Positions 22,048 through 33,300 of a stretch of DNA of 64,000 nucleotides are shown in pieces. The notes beneath the pieces were generated by a model, which made no database searches, had not been told where the DNA came from, and was given only the letters and a program-made list of their open reading frames with translations. Each line of letters begins with the position of its first letter. Position 1 is the first letter of the stretch. The position numbers and the translations under genes are program-made. The DNA comes from an uncultured cyanobacterium. Lineage in GTDB: Bacteria; Cyanobacteriota; Cyanobacteriia; PCC-6307; Cyanobiaceae. The stretch is from positions 8,747 to 72,746 of the forward strand of contig CAVONQ010000004.1 in the NCBI GenBank assembly GCA_963697335.1, given 5' to 3'.

Positions 22048-23523
22048 TCAGGCCGAGGCCGAGCTGACCTGCTGGGCTCGCCACCACTGCTGACCCTGCT
22101 GCAGGAAGCCACTCCAGTCGAGTTTTTCCGCCTCGGCCGCCCTGGCGACCAGCAGGGGCGCTTCCCGTTTGATGCGCTGCAGATCTGGATCCGGCACCCC
22201 GGCCGAGAGGGCGAGCATGTCGGCCATCGCCCGGCCCACCACCCGGGTGAGGTAGGCGGCGCTGAGGGCCTGAATGGCGCTACCCACCAACCAGGTGGCG
22301 CCATGCAGCTTGATCAGCGAGGCCAGCATCTGGGTGCTCCACTCCACCACCCCCAGGGCCAGGGAGGCCCGGCCCAGCTCGAGGGCGGCCGCGCGCAACT
22401 GCTCCGCCGTCCAGGGGCACTGCCAGAGCCTGGCCATCTCCTGCAGCATCAGGCCGTTGGCCACCGCCAGCACCACCAGATCCAGGGAGGGCAACGGTGC
22501 CGCCACCACGCCAGCGGCCACCAGCCACTGGGTGCGTTGCTGCAGCCGCGAGAAGCGCTGCCGCCGCAGGCTTTCCAGTTCGCTCTGCCAACGCCCGTGC
22601 AGGGTGCGCAGCCCCCGCAGCCGGCGCTCGTGGCGCAGGGCCCCGGCCCGTCGCCCCAGCTGGGTGGCCAGAGGAGCCAGCAGCTTCTCCAGTGCTGTGT
22701 GCTGGGGCGACCAGAACAGCAGGCTCTGGGCTGGCCCGAGCGGCAGCTGGGCCCTCAGCTCCTCGGCCAGGGAGGCTGGCTCGCGGCCGTCGTGGTGCTC
22801 CACCAGCAACCAGGTGGGCAGGCCCTGGGGAAGCGCTTCAATCCAGCGCAGATCAGCGGCCCCCAGGGGCATGCGCAGCCAGTAGATCAGCGCATCGACA
22901 GACTCAAACGGCTCGGGCCACGTCCAGCTGTCACTCCAGCTGGGCAGGGGCCGTGACCACTGCAGCGTCAGCGGCACCGAGCCGCGCAGGGCCTGGGCCA
23001 GCAGGGACTGCTGCTCCTGGGGAGACGCTGCCGTGGCGGCCACGCCGAGGGTGAGACCGGAGCGCTCCAACAGGGCCCGCTGGCTGGCCAGATCCCGGGC
23101 GCGCCGTTGGGCAGGGAGATCGGCAGCCTTGGTCAGGGCTGGTGACGCGGTGGGGCTCGCCGCAGCAGACGCCACAGGCGCAGGCTCCTTGGAAGCCAAC
23201 CGCTTGGGCTCAGGCGCCTCCAGCAGCAGAAACTGCTCCTGCATCGCCTCCAGCCGCTTCAGCCAGCCCGCCACGTCGCCGGGATTCACCACGGCCGGGG
23301 GGGCCGGATGGCGCAGCAGCCACCATCCGGCGGCCAGCACCAGCACCCCGGTTCCGGCCGACACCACCGGCAGCCCGGAGAGGTGGCCCACACCGTCCAG
23401 CAACACACCCCCACCAACCACGGCGGCCCCGATCGGCCACCAGCGCCGGGCCACCATGGCCAGCAGGGTGGCCGGAGGGGTGCCGGCAGGCCCCAGGCCG
23501 GAGGGTGGCCAAGGCGTCGGCAA
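22048..23523 (-). CDS. YcjF/DUF697 family membrane protein
   Basis: C-terminal AAPLPSLDL...NGLMLQEM, AIQALSAAYLTRVVG; start TTG 23523 or ATG 23457. Confidence 0.75.
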   Translation of the reverse strand: MPTPWPPSGLGPAGTPPATLLAMVARRWWPIGAAVVGGGVLLDGVGHLSGLPVVSAGTGVLVLAAGWWLLRHPAPPAVVNPGDVAGWLKRLEAMQEQFLLLEAPEPKRLASKEPAPVASAAASPTASPALTKAADLPAQRRARDLASQRALLERSGLTLGVAATAASPQEQQSLLAQALRGSVPLTLQWSRPLPSWSDSWTWPEPFESVDALIYWLRMPLGAADLRWIEALPQGLPTWLLVEHHDGREPASLAEELRAQLPLGPAQSLLFWSPQHTALEKLLAPLATQLGRRAGALRHERRLRGLRTLHGRWQSELESLRRQRFSRLQQRTQWLVAAGVVAAPLPSLDLVVLAVANGLMLQEMARLWQCPWTAEQLRAAALELGRASLALGVVEWSTQMLASLIKLHGATWLVGSAIQALSAAYLTRVVGRAMADMLALSAGVPDPDLQRIKREAPLLVARAAEAEKLDWSGFLQQGQQWWRAQQVSSASA

Positions 23524-23559
23524 GGCTGTTGTCGAGGCTGTTGTCGAGGCTGCTGTGTG
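23523..23559. repeat. 12-bp tandem repeat AGGCTGTTGTCG x2 plus a degenerate third copy
   Basis: 23523-34 and 23535-46 exact; AGGCTGCTGTGTG 23547-59. Confidence 0.8.
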
Positions 23560-23718
23560 AGGAAGCTCGGACGGCAGTGGCGGCGTCAACAGGTCACCAG
23601 CGGAGCTGCATCTCTCTAGCTCACCTGGGGGCAGCGCGCCTCCCCAATCAGCAATAGCGTGGCGGCACTTGCAGGACCATCCAGTGTCAGGGGCAGGTCC
23701 AACAGCTGACCCGGGGCC

Positions 23719-24231
23719 ATGACAGGCGATGGGGCCGAGGGTTTCACGGCGGGCCAACGGCGGCAGTTGCTGGCTTGGCACGCCGACCTGGCCAGGGCCA
23801 GCGGCTGGAGCGGCGACCTGCCCGTGGTGGTGCATGAGCGCTGCTGGCTGCGCCTGCGGGCCGTGCCCGTGGGCCAGCTGGCCCAGCAGTGGCCACCCGA
23901 CTGCAGCGCTGAGGCCCCGGAGCTGTCCCGCTACCGCGAACTGGTGAAGGCGGGGGAGGACCCCTGGCTGGCGGAGCTGCGCTGCTGGGAGGAGTTCGGT
24001 CAGCCGGCCTGCCAGGAGGCCCAGCGGACCTACTGGCAGCAACACGCCAGGAACCCGGGCTGGACCCTCACCAGCTACCAGACCCTGTTGGCGCGCTACC
24101 GCCAGCAGATGGGGAGCACCGAGCTGCGCTCACTGCCCGTGCTGCAGCTACCGAGGGCCTTCAGCGCCGAGCCGCACCGGGTCCTGTGGCTCAAACCCCT
24201 GCGTCCGTCGATGCGGCACACTTGCGCCTGA
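23719..24231 (+). CDS. hypothetical protein
   Basis: Good codon usage; first gene of the run to trpS; AELRCWEEFG motif. Confidence 0.75.
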   Translation: MTGDGAEGFTAGQRRQLLAWHADLARASGWSGDLPVVVHERCWLRLRAVPVGQLAQQWPPDCSAEAPELSRYRELVKAGEDPWLAELRCWEEFGQPACQEAQRTYWQQHARNPGWTLTSYQTLLARYRQQMGSTELRSLPVLQLPRAFSAEPHRVLWLKPLRPSMRHTCA

Positions 24232-24239
24232 CTCCTTAG

Positions 24240-24746
24240 ATGGCCGCCATGGCTGACGAGACGAGCACGGCCCTGCCCCAGGCCGGGAGATCCGGCGGCA
24301 ACCGTGAGCCCGGTGGGTTCCGGATCCGCCTGAGCGATAACGAGATGCGCGCGGCCCGGGCTGTGCAGGAGGCCTTCCGCCTGCGCTCCACCGTGGCTGT
24401 GCTCGGCTTCTGCCTGCGCACCGTGGCCCAACTGCTCGAGGAAGGCAAGCTCGATGCCCTTGTGACCGAACTGCGCAACCAGCCCGCAGCTGCGGATGGC
24501 CAGCGGGACGGAGTCCGCGAGGGTGGGCGAGAGGGTGGCCGCGGTGGCCGTCGCCCTGGTTCCGAGGGGCGCGGGACCAGACCAGAACGGCAGGACCGCG
24601 TTGATCCCTTCGCTCGGCCCCCCAGACCCAAGCCCAGCGCGCCGATCGCTGAAGCCGTCAAGGAACCAGCCTCAGAAGCGGCCCCGGAAGGCACCCCAGA
24701 AGCCGCGCCTGAAGCCGCTGAACAGCCCAGCGTCCAGGGGAGCTGA
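24240..24746 (+). CDS. hypothetical protein, possible ribbon-helix-helix domain plus low-complexity tail
   Basis: GGFRIRLSDNEMRAARAVQEAFRLRSTVAVLGF; R/G-rich then E/A/P-rich tail; ends 6 nt before trpS. Confidence 0.78.
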   Translation: MAAMADETSTALPQAGRSGGNREPGGFRIRLSDNEMRAARAVQEAFRLRSTVAVLGFCLRTVAQLLEEGKLDALVTELRNQPAAADGQRDGVREGGREGGRGGRRPGSEGRGTRPERQDRVDPFARPPRPKPSAPIAEAVKEPASEAAPEGTPEAAPEAAEQPSVQGS

Positions 24747-24752
24747 GGGGAG

Positions 24753-25805
24753 ATGGCACGGCCCCGGGTGCTCTCCGGCGTTCAGCCCACCGGAGGTCTG
24801 CACATCGGCAACTGGCTCGGCGCCATCCGCAACTGGGTCGACCTGCAGGAGAGCCACGACACCTTCTTCTGTGTGGTGGACCTGCACGCCATCACGGTGC
24901 CCCACGATCCCGCCGCCCTGGCGGAGGCCACCCTGAGCACCGCCGCCCTCTACCTGGCCTGCGGCATCGACCCGGCCCGCTCGACCGTGTTCGTGCAGAG
25001 CCATGTGCGGGCCCACAGCGCCCTCTGCTGGCTGCTCAATTGCGTGACGCCGCTCAACTGGCTGGAGCGGATGATCCAGTTCAAGGAAAAGGCCGTGAAG
25101 CAGGGCGACCAGGTGTCGGCGGGACTGCTCGACTACCCGGTGCTGATGGCGGCCGACATCCTCCTCTATGACGCCGATCTGGTGCCCGTGGGCGAAGACC
25201 AGAAGCAGCATCTGGAGCTGGCCCGCGACATTGCCCAGCAGCGCATCAACGCCCGCTTTGGCACCCCAGGGCCCGACGGGGAGCGTCAGCCGGTGCTGAA
25301 GGTGCCCGAACCCCTGATCCTGCGGGAGGGAGCCCGGGTGATGAGCCTCAGTGACGGGCGCAGCAAGATGAGCAAGAGCGATCCCAACGAGGGCTCCCGG
25401 ATTGCGCTGCTGGATCCGCCCGAGCTGATCACCCGCAAGATCAAGCGCGCCAAGACCGACCCCACCCTGGGTCTGGAATTCGGCAACCCGGAGCGTCCCG
25501 AAGCGGACAACCTGCTGGGCCTCTACGCCCTGCTCAGCGACCAGAGCCGCGACGCCGCCGCCCTGGAGTGCGCCGAGATGGGCTGGGGGCGCTTCAAGCC
25601 CCTGCTCACCGAGGCCCTGATCGAGGCCCTCAACCCGGTGCAGGAGCGCTACCGCATGTGGCGGGCCGACCCCACAGCCCTGGAGCAGGTGCTGGCCGAT
25701 GGCCGCGCCCGGGCGGACACCGTGGCCGAGACCACCCTGCGGCGGGTGGAACATTGCCTTGGCTTCCTGCCGCCCAGGAGCCGAGCCCAGCAGCCGGAGT
25801 CTTAA
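24753..25805 (+). CDS. trpS: tryptophan--tRNA ligase
   Basis: SGVQPTG.LHIGNW, YPVLMAADIL, VPVGEDQKQHLE, KMSKS. Confidence 0.98.
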   Translation: MARPRVLSGVQPTGGLHIGNWLGAIRNWVDLQESHDTFFCVVDLHAITVPHDPAALAEATLSTAALYLACGIDPARSTVFVQSHVRAHSALCWLLNCVTPLNWLERMIQFKEKAVKQGDQVSAGLLDYPVLMAADILLYDADLVPVGEDQKQHLELARDIAQQRINARFGTPGPDGERQPVLKVPEPLILREGARVMSLSDGRSKMSKSDPNEGSRIALLDPPELITRKIKRAKTDPTLGLEFGNPERPEADNLLGLYALLSDQSRDAAALECAEMGWGRFKPLLTEALIEALNPVQERYRMWRADPTALEQVLADGRARADTVAETTLRRVEHCLGFLPPRSRAQQPES

Positions 25806-26060
25806 CAGTCTCTGCAGAAATGATCAGGCCTGCTGATGCCAGAGGGCTGGGCCACCTCCTGACACCAGCCCAACGCCGCTGACCACATGACTAAGTAAAA
25901 GCACCCACACGGCAGCGGTCTACGGACTGTCGCCATGGTCACAGCATCAGGGAATGCACACGGCGGCGCCGATGTCTACCCCCCAGCTGGGGGGGTCGCT
26001 CGCAACGCACCCCGATCAGCAACGTATGGCGACTCGCACCTGCATTGCCTGACCAGCTCC

Positions 26061-26723
26061 TTGTTCCAGAAGCTCTCCCGCACCCCCCTGGCCATCGCCC
26101 TGTGCCTTGCCGCCACGGTGCCCACCACCCTGGCCTCCTCGGCCGAGCTGCCAGGAGGCCCTGCAAGCCTGGCTGCCCCGACCCCCCAGCTGCCTGCCTC
26201 CACCAGGGTGGCCGTGCGCAGCCCCGACGGCCCCTTCACGGTCACGCCGGAGCGCAGGGCCCTGCTCAACACGATCCGCTACGCCGAGGGCACCTGGAAG
26301 GGTGGTCGCGATGAGGGCTACCGGGTGATGTATGGCGGCCAACTCTTCCAGAGCTTTCAGCGCCACCCCGAAATCAGCGTGCGGCGCATGTACACCAGTG
26401 CAGCCGCAGGCGCCTACCAGTTTCTGCCCAGCACCTGGCATGAGGTGTCGCGCAGGCTGGGGCTGCGCAGCTTCGAGCCCCACAACCAGGACCAGGCCGC
26501 CCTCTACCTGATCCAGCGCCGACGCGCCCTGACCCGCTTCGATCGCCAGGGCCTCGACAGCGAGGTCATGGCGCGGTTGGCGCCCGAGTGGGCCTCGATC
26601 CCCTACCGCCATGGCAGCAGCTACTACGGCCAGCCGGTGAAGAGCCGCCAGGAGCTCAGCCGCTTCTACCAGGCGGCCCTGGGCGAGGCCCGGCGCAACA
26701 GCACGAGCGGCAACCCTGCCTAG
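26061..26723 (+). CDS. glycoside hydrolase family 104 (lambda-lysozyme-like) secreted protein
   Basis: RALLNTIRYAEGT, Y.VMYGG, SAAAGAYQFL, FEPHNQDQAA, EWASIP, YGQP; start uncertain (TTG 26061, CTG 26049 or ATG 25935). Confidence 0.85.
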   Translation: MFQKLSRTPLAIALCLAATVPTTLASSAELPGGPASLAAPTPQLPASTRVAVRSPDGPFTVTPERRALLNTIRYAEGTWKGGRDEGYRVMYGGQLFQSFQRHPEISVRRMYTSAAAGAYQFLPSTWHEVSRRLGLRSFEPHNQDQAALYLIQRRRALTRFDRQGLDSEVMARLAPEWASIPYRHGSSYYGQPVKSRQELSRFYQAALGEARRNSTSGNPA

Positions 26724-27148
26724 GGCTCGCGGTAGATCACCCGGCCGCGCTCGTCGTTGCCCACATCGAGAAGGTGCCCATGCAGCAGTCGCTCGATCTC
26801 GCTGCGCAACTGCTCACTGCCCACACCCGGTTGGCCCTCAAGGGCCAGCAGGGCATCGTTGATGGTGAAGCCAGCTGAGCCATTGGTGCGAGCGAGCTGG
26901 AGCAACTGGCGCTCGAGGGAGGCGCCCCGGGCCCGCAGCAGGTGCACGGCATTGGCCTGTTCCACCACATCCGGCAGCAACCAGAGATCCACCAGCTGGC
27001 CGATGAAGCACAGCCCGAAGGTGAACAGATAGAGGGTGCCGCTGATGGGCCGGCGGCTGTAGAACCGCTGGATACCACACACGCCCACCAGCCCCAGCGC
27101 CCACAGCAGGTAGGCCACCCCGAGGTGGCGCGGCTGGGTGAGAGCCAT
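26720..27148 (-). CDS. TM2/NINE domain protein
   Basis: AYLLWALG..G.CGIQRFY, GTLYLFTFGLCFIGQLVDL. Confidence 0.85.
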   Translation of the reverse strand: MALTQPRHLGVAYLLWALGLVGVCGIQRFYSRRPISGTLYLFTFGLCFIGQLVDLWLLPDVVEQANAVHLLRARGASLERQLLQLARTNGSAGFTINDALLALEGQPGVGSEQLRSEIERLLHGHLLDVGNDERGRVIYREP

Positions 27149-27543
27149 CAGGCGAGCGCGTCGGGGGGCGGCAGCAGAGCGGGCATGGCGGGGGGCTCGG
27201 GCCAGTCCATGGGGGGCAGGGCCACGCCACTGCGCCGCAGGCTGGCCGACAGGGACCAGACCCGCAGCACCAGCTGGTGCCAGGGAGCCATCGCGTCCAG
27301 GCCGAGGGCCATCGGCACCGGAGCGGCTCGGCGCAGGCTGGCGGCCGCTGCCAGCTCGCGGCGGGCCTCGTCCAGCCGCTGGCGCAACTGCAGGCGTTCG
27401 GGCTCCGCCATCACTCCGTCAGGGCAGAGGTCCAGCAACAGCTCGCCGCGGCTGAACCAGATCCCGAAATCAGCGAGCAGGGAACCCAGCAGGTGCTCCA
27501 GCAGATCGGACGCAGGCTCCTGGGGAGTAGGGGAGGCTGTCAT
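27148..27543 (-). CDS. DUF2605 family protein
   Basis: LLGSLLADF..WF.RG..LL, MAPWHQLV; ATG 27543 chosen. Confidence 0.75.
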   Translation of the reverse strand: MTASPTPQEPASDLLEHLLGSLLADFGIWFSRGELLLDLCPDGVMAEPERLQLRQRLDEARRELAAAASLRRAAPVPMALGLDAMAPWHQLVLRVWSLSASLRRSGVALPPMDWPEPPAMPALLPPPDALA

Positions 27544-27601
27544 GAAAGCCAGCCTAGAAGGGCTGCGTAGGATCGGCCTTCGCCGTCGACTGCTCCCGCC
27601 C

Positions 27602-29482
<1,881 letters not shown>

Positions 29483-29484
29483 CC

Positions 29485-30501
29485 ATGGCCAGCTCCACGC
29501 AATGCCTCACGGTGCTGGCGGGGGACATCGGCGGCACCAAGACCCTGCTGGCCCTCTACGCCCTCTGCGGCCCCCGGCTGGAGCTGTTGCGCAGTGAGCG
29601 CTACGCCTCCGCCGAGTGGCCCGATCTGGCTCCGATGGTGCGGGCCTTTCTGGACACGGACTCCCCTCCGGCGGCGGCCTGTTTTGCCGTGGCTGGTCCG
29701 GTGCAGGGCGGTGAGGCCCACCTCACCAACCTGTCCTGGCAACTCAGTGAAGAGGTCCTGGCCCAGGACACCGGCATCGAACGGGTGAACCTGGTGAACG
29801 ACTTCGCCGTGCTGATCTACGGCCTGCCGCACCTGGAGCCCCACCAGCAGGCCCCGGTGGTGGCGGGTGAGACGGTGGCTGGAGAGCCGCTGCTGGTGCT
29901 GGGGGCGGGCACCGGTCTGGGGGTGGCGATCGGGCTGCCGCAGCCGAATGGAGCGGGTCTCACCGCCCTGGCCAGCGAGGCGGCCCATGGCGAGTTCGCT
30001 CCGCGTACGGCCCAGGAGTGGGAGCTCAAGCAGTGGCTGATGGCCAGCCTGGGCCTGGAGCGCCTCTCGATCGAGCGGGTGGTGAGCGGCACCGGGCTGG
30101 GCCAAGTGACCCGCTGGCTGCTGGAGTGCCAAGACCCGGGCCGCGCCCATCCCCTGCAGGCCCTCGCGGCCAGCCAGCCTGAGGAGCTGCCCGCCGCCAC
30201 CGCCGCCGCAGCGGCCCAGGGCGATCCCCTCGCCAGCGCGGCCCTGGAGCTGTGGCTTGGGGCCTACGGCAGTGTCTGCGGCGATCTGGCCCTCACCAGC
30301 CTCAGCCGCGGCGGCATCTGGCTGGCGGGGGGCACCGCCGCCAAACTGCTGGACCCCCTCAGGGGCAGCACGTTCGCCAAGGCCTTCCTGGCCAAGGGGC
30401 GGCTGGGCCGGATCCTGGCCACGATGCCGATCACGGCGGTGGTGGACCCCGCCATCGGCCAGTTCAGTGCCGCCTGCCGCGCCCGGATGCTGCTGGGGTG
30501 A
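29485..30501 (+). CDS. glk: glucokinase
   Basis: AGDIGGTK, AVAGPV, VNDF, GAGTGLG, SEAAH, ERVVSG.GL. Confidence 0.94.
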   Translation: MASSTQCLTVLAGDIGGTKTLLALYALCGPRLELLRSERYASAEWPDLAPMVRAFLDTDSPPAAACFAVAGPVQGGEAHLTNLSWQLSEEVLAQDTGIERVNLVNDFAVLIYGLPHLEPHQQAPVVAGETVAGEPLLVLGAGTGLGVAIGLPQPNGAGLTALASEAAHGEFAPRTAQEWELKQWLMASLGLERLSIERVVSGTGLGQVTRWLLECQDPGRAHPLQALAASQPEELPAATAAAAAQGDPLASAALELWLGAYGSVCGDLALTSLSRGGIWLAGGTAAKLLDPLRGSTFAKAFLAKGRLGRILATMPITAVVDPAIGQFSAACRARMLLG

Positions 30502-30580
30502 GGCAGGGCGGCCCAATGGCAGGCACGAACCAAACCCCTGACCATGAACTGAGACACTGAGCCGAACCGAGGAAGCTTCG

Positions 30581-31543
30581 ATGGCGCGCCCCCGCATCGG
30601 CCAGGGCGTCGTGGTCCATGTGCCAGCCACCACCGCCAATGTGGGCCCCGGGTTCGACTGCCTCGGGGCGGCCCTGGACCTCGACAACGTGTTCGAGATG
30701 CGCTGCATCGCCGGCGGCAGCCAGCGCTTCGACCTGATCATCGAAGGTCCGGAGGGGGCCCACCTGCGCGGCGGGCCCGACAACCTCGTCTACCGCTCCG
30801 CCCAGCGGGTGTGGAAGGAGGCCTGTGAAGAACCGGTGGGGCTGGAGGCGCGGGTGCGCCTGGCCGTGCCCCCGGCCCGGGGCCTGGGCAGCAGTGCCAC
30901 GGCGATTGTGGCGGGCCTGATGGGCGCCAACGCCCTGGTGGGGGAACCGCTCAGCAAGGAGAAACTGCTCGAGCTGGCCATCGACATCGAGGGCCATCCC
31001 GACAACGTGGTGCCCTCCCTGGTGGGTGGGCTGTGCATGACGGCGAAGGCCGCCTCCCACCGCTGGCGGGTGGTGCGCTGCGAGTGGTCGGCGGAGGTGG
31101 TGGCCGTGGTGGCGATTCCGGCGGTGAGGCTCACCACCAGCGAGGCGCGGCGGGCCATGCCCAAGGCGATCCCCGTGGCCGATGCGGTGACCAACCTCGG
31201 CGCCCTGACGCTGTTGCTGCAGGGGCTGCGCACCGGCAATGGCGATCTGATCACCGACGGCATGCACGATCGCCTGCACGAGCCCTACCGCTGGGGGCTG
31301 ATCCCAGGCGGTCGCAAGGTGCGCGAGGCGGCCCTGGAGGCCGGGGCCTGGGGCTGTGTGATCAGCGGTGCCGGCCCCAGCCTGCTGGCGCTCTGCCGCC
31401 AGGAGGTGGCCGAAACGGTGAGCCGGGCGATGGTGCGCACCTGGTACTACGCCGGAGTGGAGTCGCGGGCGGAGGTGCTCAGCGTGCAGCACCTGGGCAG
31501 CCACTGGCTGCCGCTGCCGGATCGGCCCGAGAGTGCTGAGTAG
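30581..31543 (+). CDS. thrB: homoserine kinase
   Basis: PATTANVGPGFD, PPARGLGSSA, EGHPDN, LHEPYR, SGAGPS. Confidence 0.97.
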   Translation: MARPRIGQGVVVHVPATTANVGPGFDCLGAALDLDNVFEMRCIAGGSQRFDLIIEGPEGAHLRGGPDNLVYRSAQRVWKEACEEPVGLEARVRLAVPPARGLGSSATAIVAGLMGANALVGEPLSKEKLLELAIDIEGHPDNVVPSLVGGLCMTAKAASHRWRVVRCEWSAEVVAVVAIPAVRLTTSEARRAMPKAIPVADAVTNLGALTLLLQGLRTGNGDLITDGMHDRLHEPYRWGLIPGGRKVREAALEAGAWGCVISGAGPSLLALCRQEVAETVSRAMVRTWYYAGVESRAEVLSVQHLGSHWLPLPDRPESAE

Positions 31544-31562
31544 TTCTACCCAGCCGCCTTGC

Positions 31563-31580
31563 TGTAACTGATAAGTTGCA
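31563..31580. promoter_or_regulatory. imperfect palindrome upstream of ndhD
   Basis: TGTAACT-GATA-AGTTGCA, 6 of 7 pairs, in an AT-rich gap. Confidence 0.35.
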
Positions 31581-31601
31581 CCAGATTTTGACGGGACTCG
31601 G

Positions 31602-33248
31602 ATGGACGGCTCTTTGGCGCTTGTGGCCGCGTCCTTTCCGCAGACTCCCACTCAACCGCCTTTGCCCTGGCCCCTGGCGACAGCCCTGCCCGACTTCCTC
31701 GACGCAGGGGCTCTGGCGGGCTTCCCCTGGCTGAGCCTGATTGTGCTGCTGCCGGCGGCCGTGGCCCTGGCGATGCCGCTGCTGCCCGGCGACGGCAGCG
31801 ATCCCCGCTGGCCCCGCACCCTGGCCCTCGGCACCCTGCTGGTGGATCTGGTGCTGATGCTGGTGTGCTTCAGCCAGCACTTTGAGGGCTCCAGCGCCGA
31901 GCTGCAGCTGGTGGAGCGTGTCAGTTGGGTGCCGGCCCTGGGACTGGAGTGGTCCCTGGGGGCCGATGGCCTCTCGGCGCCGCTGGTGGTGCTCTCGGGC
32001 CTGGTCACCCTGCTCTCGGTGGCCGCCAGCTGGAACATCAACCGCAAGACCCGCCTCTACTTCGCCCTGATGCTGGTGCAGGCCTCTGCCCAGGGGCTGG
32101 TGTTCCTCTCCCAGGACTTCCTGCTCTTCTTCCTGGCCTGGGAGCTGGAGCTGGTGCCGGTGTACCTGCTGATCGCCATCTGGGGCGGCCAGCAGCGCCA
32201 GTACGCCGCCACCAAGTTCATCCTCTACACCGCCACCGCGTCACTGCTGATCCTGGTGAGTGGCCTGGCTCTGGCCTTCTACGGCGGCCCCTTCACCTTC
32301 AACCTCAGCGAGATGGCGACCCGCAGCCCCGGCGGGGTGTTCGGCCTGCTCTGTTACGTGGGGTTTCTGATCGGCTTCGGCGTGAAGCTGCCGATGTTCC
32401 CCCTGCACACCTGGCTACCCGATGCCCATGGCGAGGCCAATGCACCGGTGTCGATGCTGCTGGCGGGGGTGCTGCTGAAGATGGGGGGCTATGCCCTGCT
32501 GCGCTTCAACGTGCAGATGCTGCCGGAGGCCCACCTCACCCTGGCGCCGGCCCTGATCGTGCTCGGCATCGTCAACATCGTCTACGGCGCCCTCAATGCC
32601 TTTGCCCAGGACAACGTCAAGCGCCGCATCGCCTGCAGCTCGGTGAGCCACATGGGCTTCGTGCTGGTGGGAATCGGGGCCATCGACGCCCTCGGCATGA
32701 GTGGCGCCATGCTGCAGATGATCAGCCATGGCCTGATCGCCGCCGCCATGTTCTTCGTGACCGGCGTGTTCTACGAGCGCACCAAGACCCTCTCGATCCC
32801 CAACATGGGTGGCCTGGCCAAGGCCCTGCCGATCACCTTCGCCTTCTTCCTGGCCAGCTCCCTGGCCTCCCTCGCCCTGCCGGGCATGAGCGGCTTCGTC
32901 AGCGAGATCACCGTGTTTCTGGGGGTCACATCCAACGAGGACTTCACCATCGGCTTTCGGGTGATCACCATCGTGCTGGCGGCCGTCGGCCTGGTGCTGA
33001 CGCCGGTGTACCTGCTCAGCCTCTGCAGGCGGGTGTTCTTCGGGCCCAGGATCCCCGCCCTGGCCGTGGTGGGCGACATGAATCCGCGCGAACTGCTGAT
33101 CGGTCTGACCCTGCTGGTGCCCACCCTGGTGATCGGCTTCTGGCCACGGGTGGCGATCGATCTCTATGAGGCCAGCACCAACGGACTCTCCAGCCAGCTC
33201 GCCAGCGCCACGGCCATCACCCTGGGCCGGATCCCCGCCCTCGGCTGA
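31602..33248 (+). CDS. ndhD: NAD(P)H-quinone oxidoreductase subunit 4
   Basis: [47 protein letters not shown]; start may be downstream. Confidence 0.95.
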   Translation: MDGSLALVAASFPQTPTQPPLPWPLATALPDFLDAGALAGFPWLSLIVLLPAAVALAMPLLPGDGSDPRWPRTLALGTLLVDLVLMLVCFSQHFEGSSAELQLVERVSWVPALGLEWSLGADGLSAPLVVLSGLVTLLSVAASWNINRKTRLYFALMLVQASAQGLVFLSQDFLLFFLAWELELVPVYLLIAIWGGQQRQYAATKFILYTATASLLILVSGLALAFYGGPFTFNLSEMATRSPGGVFGLLCYVGFLIGFGVKLPMFPLHTWLPDAHGEANAPVSMLLAGVLLKMGGYALLRFNVQMLPEAHLTLAPALIVLGIVNIVYGALNAFAQDNVKRRIACSSVSHMGFVLVGIGAIDALGMSGAMLQMISHGLIAAAMFFVTGVFYERTKTLSIPNMGGLAKALPITFAFFLASSLASLALPGMSGFVSEITVFLGVTSNEDFTIGFRVITIVLAAVGLVLTPVYLLSLCRRVFFGPRIPALAVVGDMNPRELLIGLTLLVPTLVIGFWPRVAIDLYEASTNGLSSQLASATAITLGRIPALG

Positions 33249-33300
33249 ACCACGGCCTACCGCTGCCATGGGCTGAAATGGGCCAAGCTGAACCGCGCTG

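Noticed and set aside
23523..23559. CRISPR-like array
   Set aside because: Units are 12 bp, adjacent, without spacers; no cas genes
22048..24045. 665-aa extension of the YcjF-like ORF (also long 5' extensions of comB, thrS, tamB, menD and the L,D-transpeptidase)
   Set aside because: Extensions overlap neighbouring genes; starts were trimmed to plausible positions
25806..26060. Firm call as ydaO/c-di-AMP riboswitch or T-box
   Set aside because: Consensus elements not recognisable by eye, and the region is downstream of trpS; kept only as a candidate RNA
26061..26723. Prophage remnant around the lysozyme
   Set aside because: No holin, structural, integrase or att features; flanks are core genes
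31563..31580. NtcA site upstream of ndhD
   Set aside because: Does not fit GTA-N8-TAC
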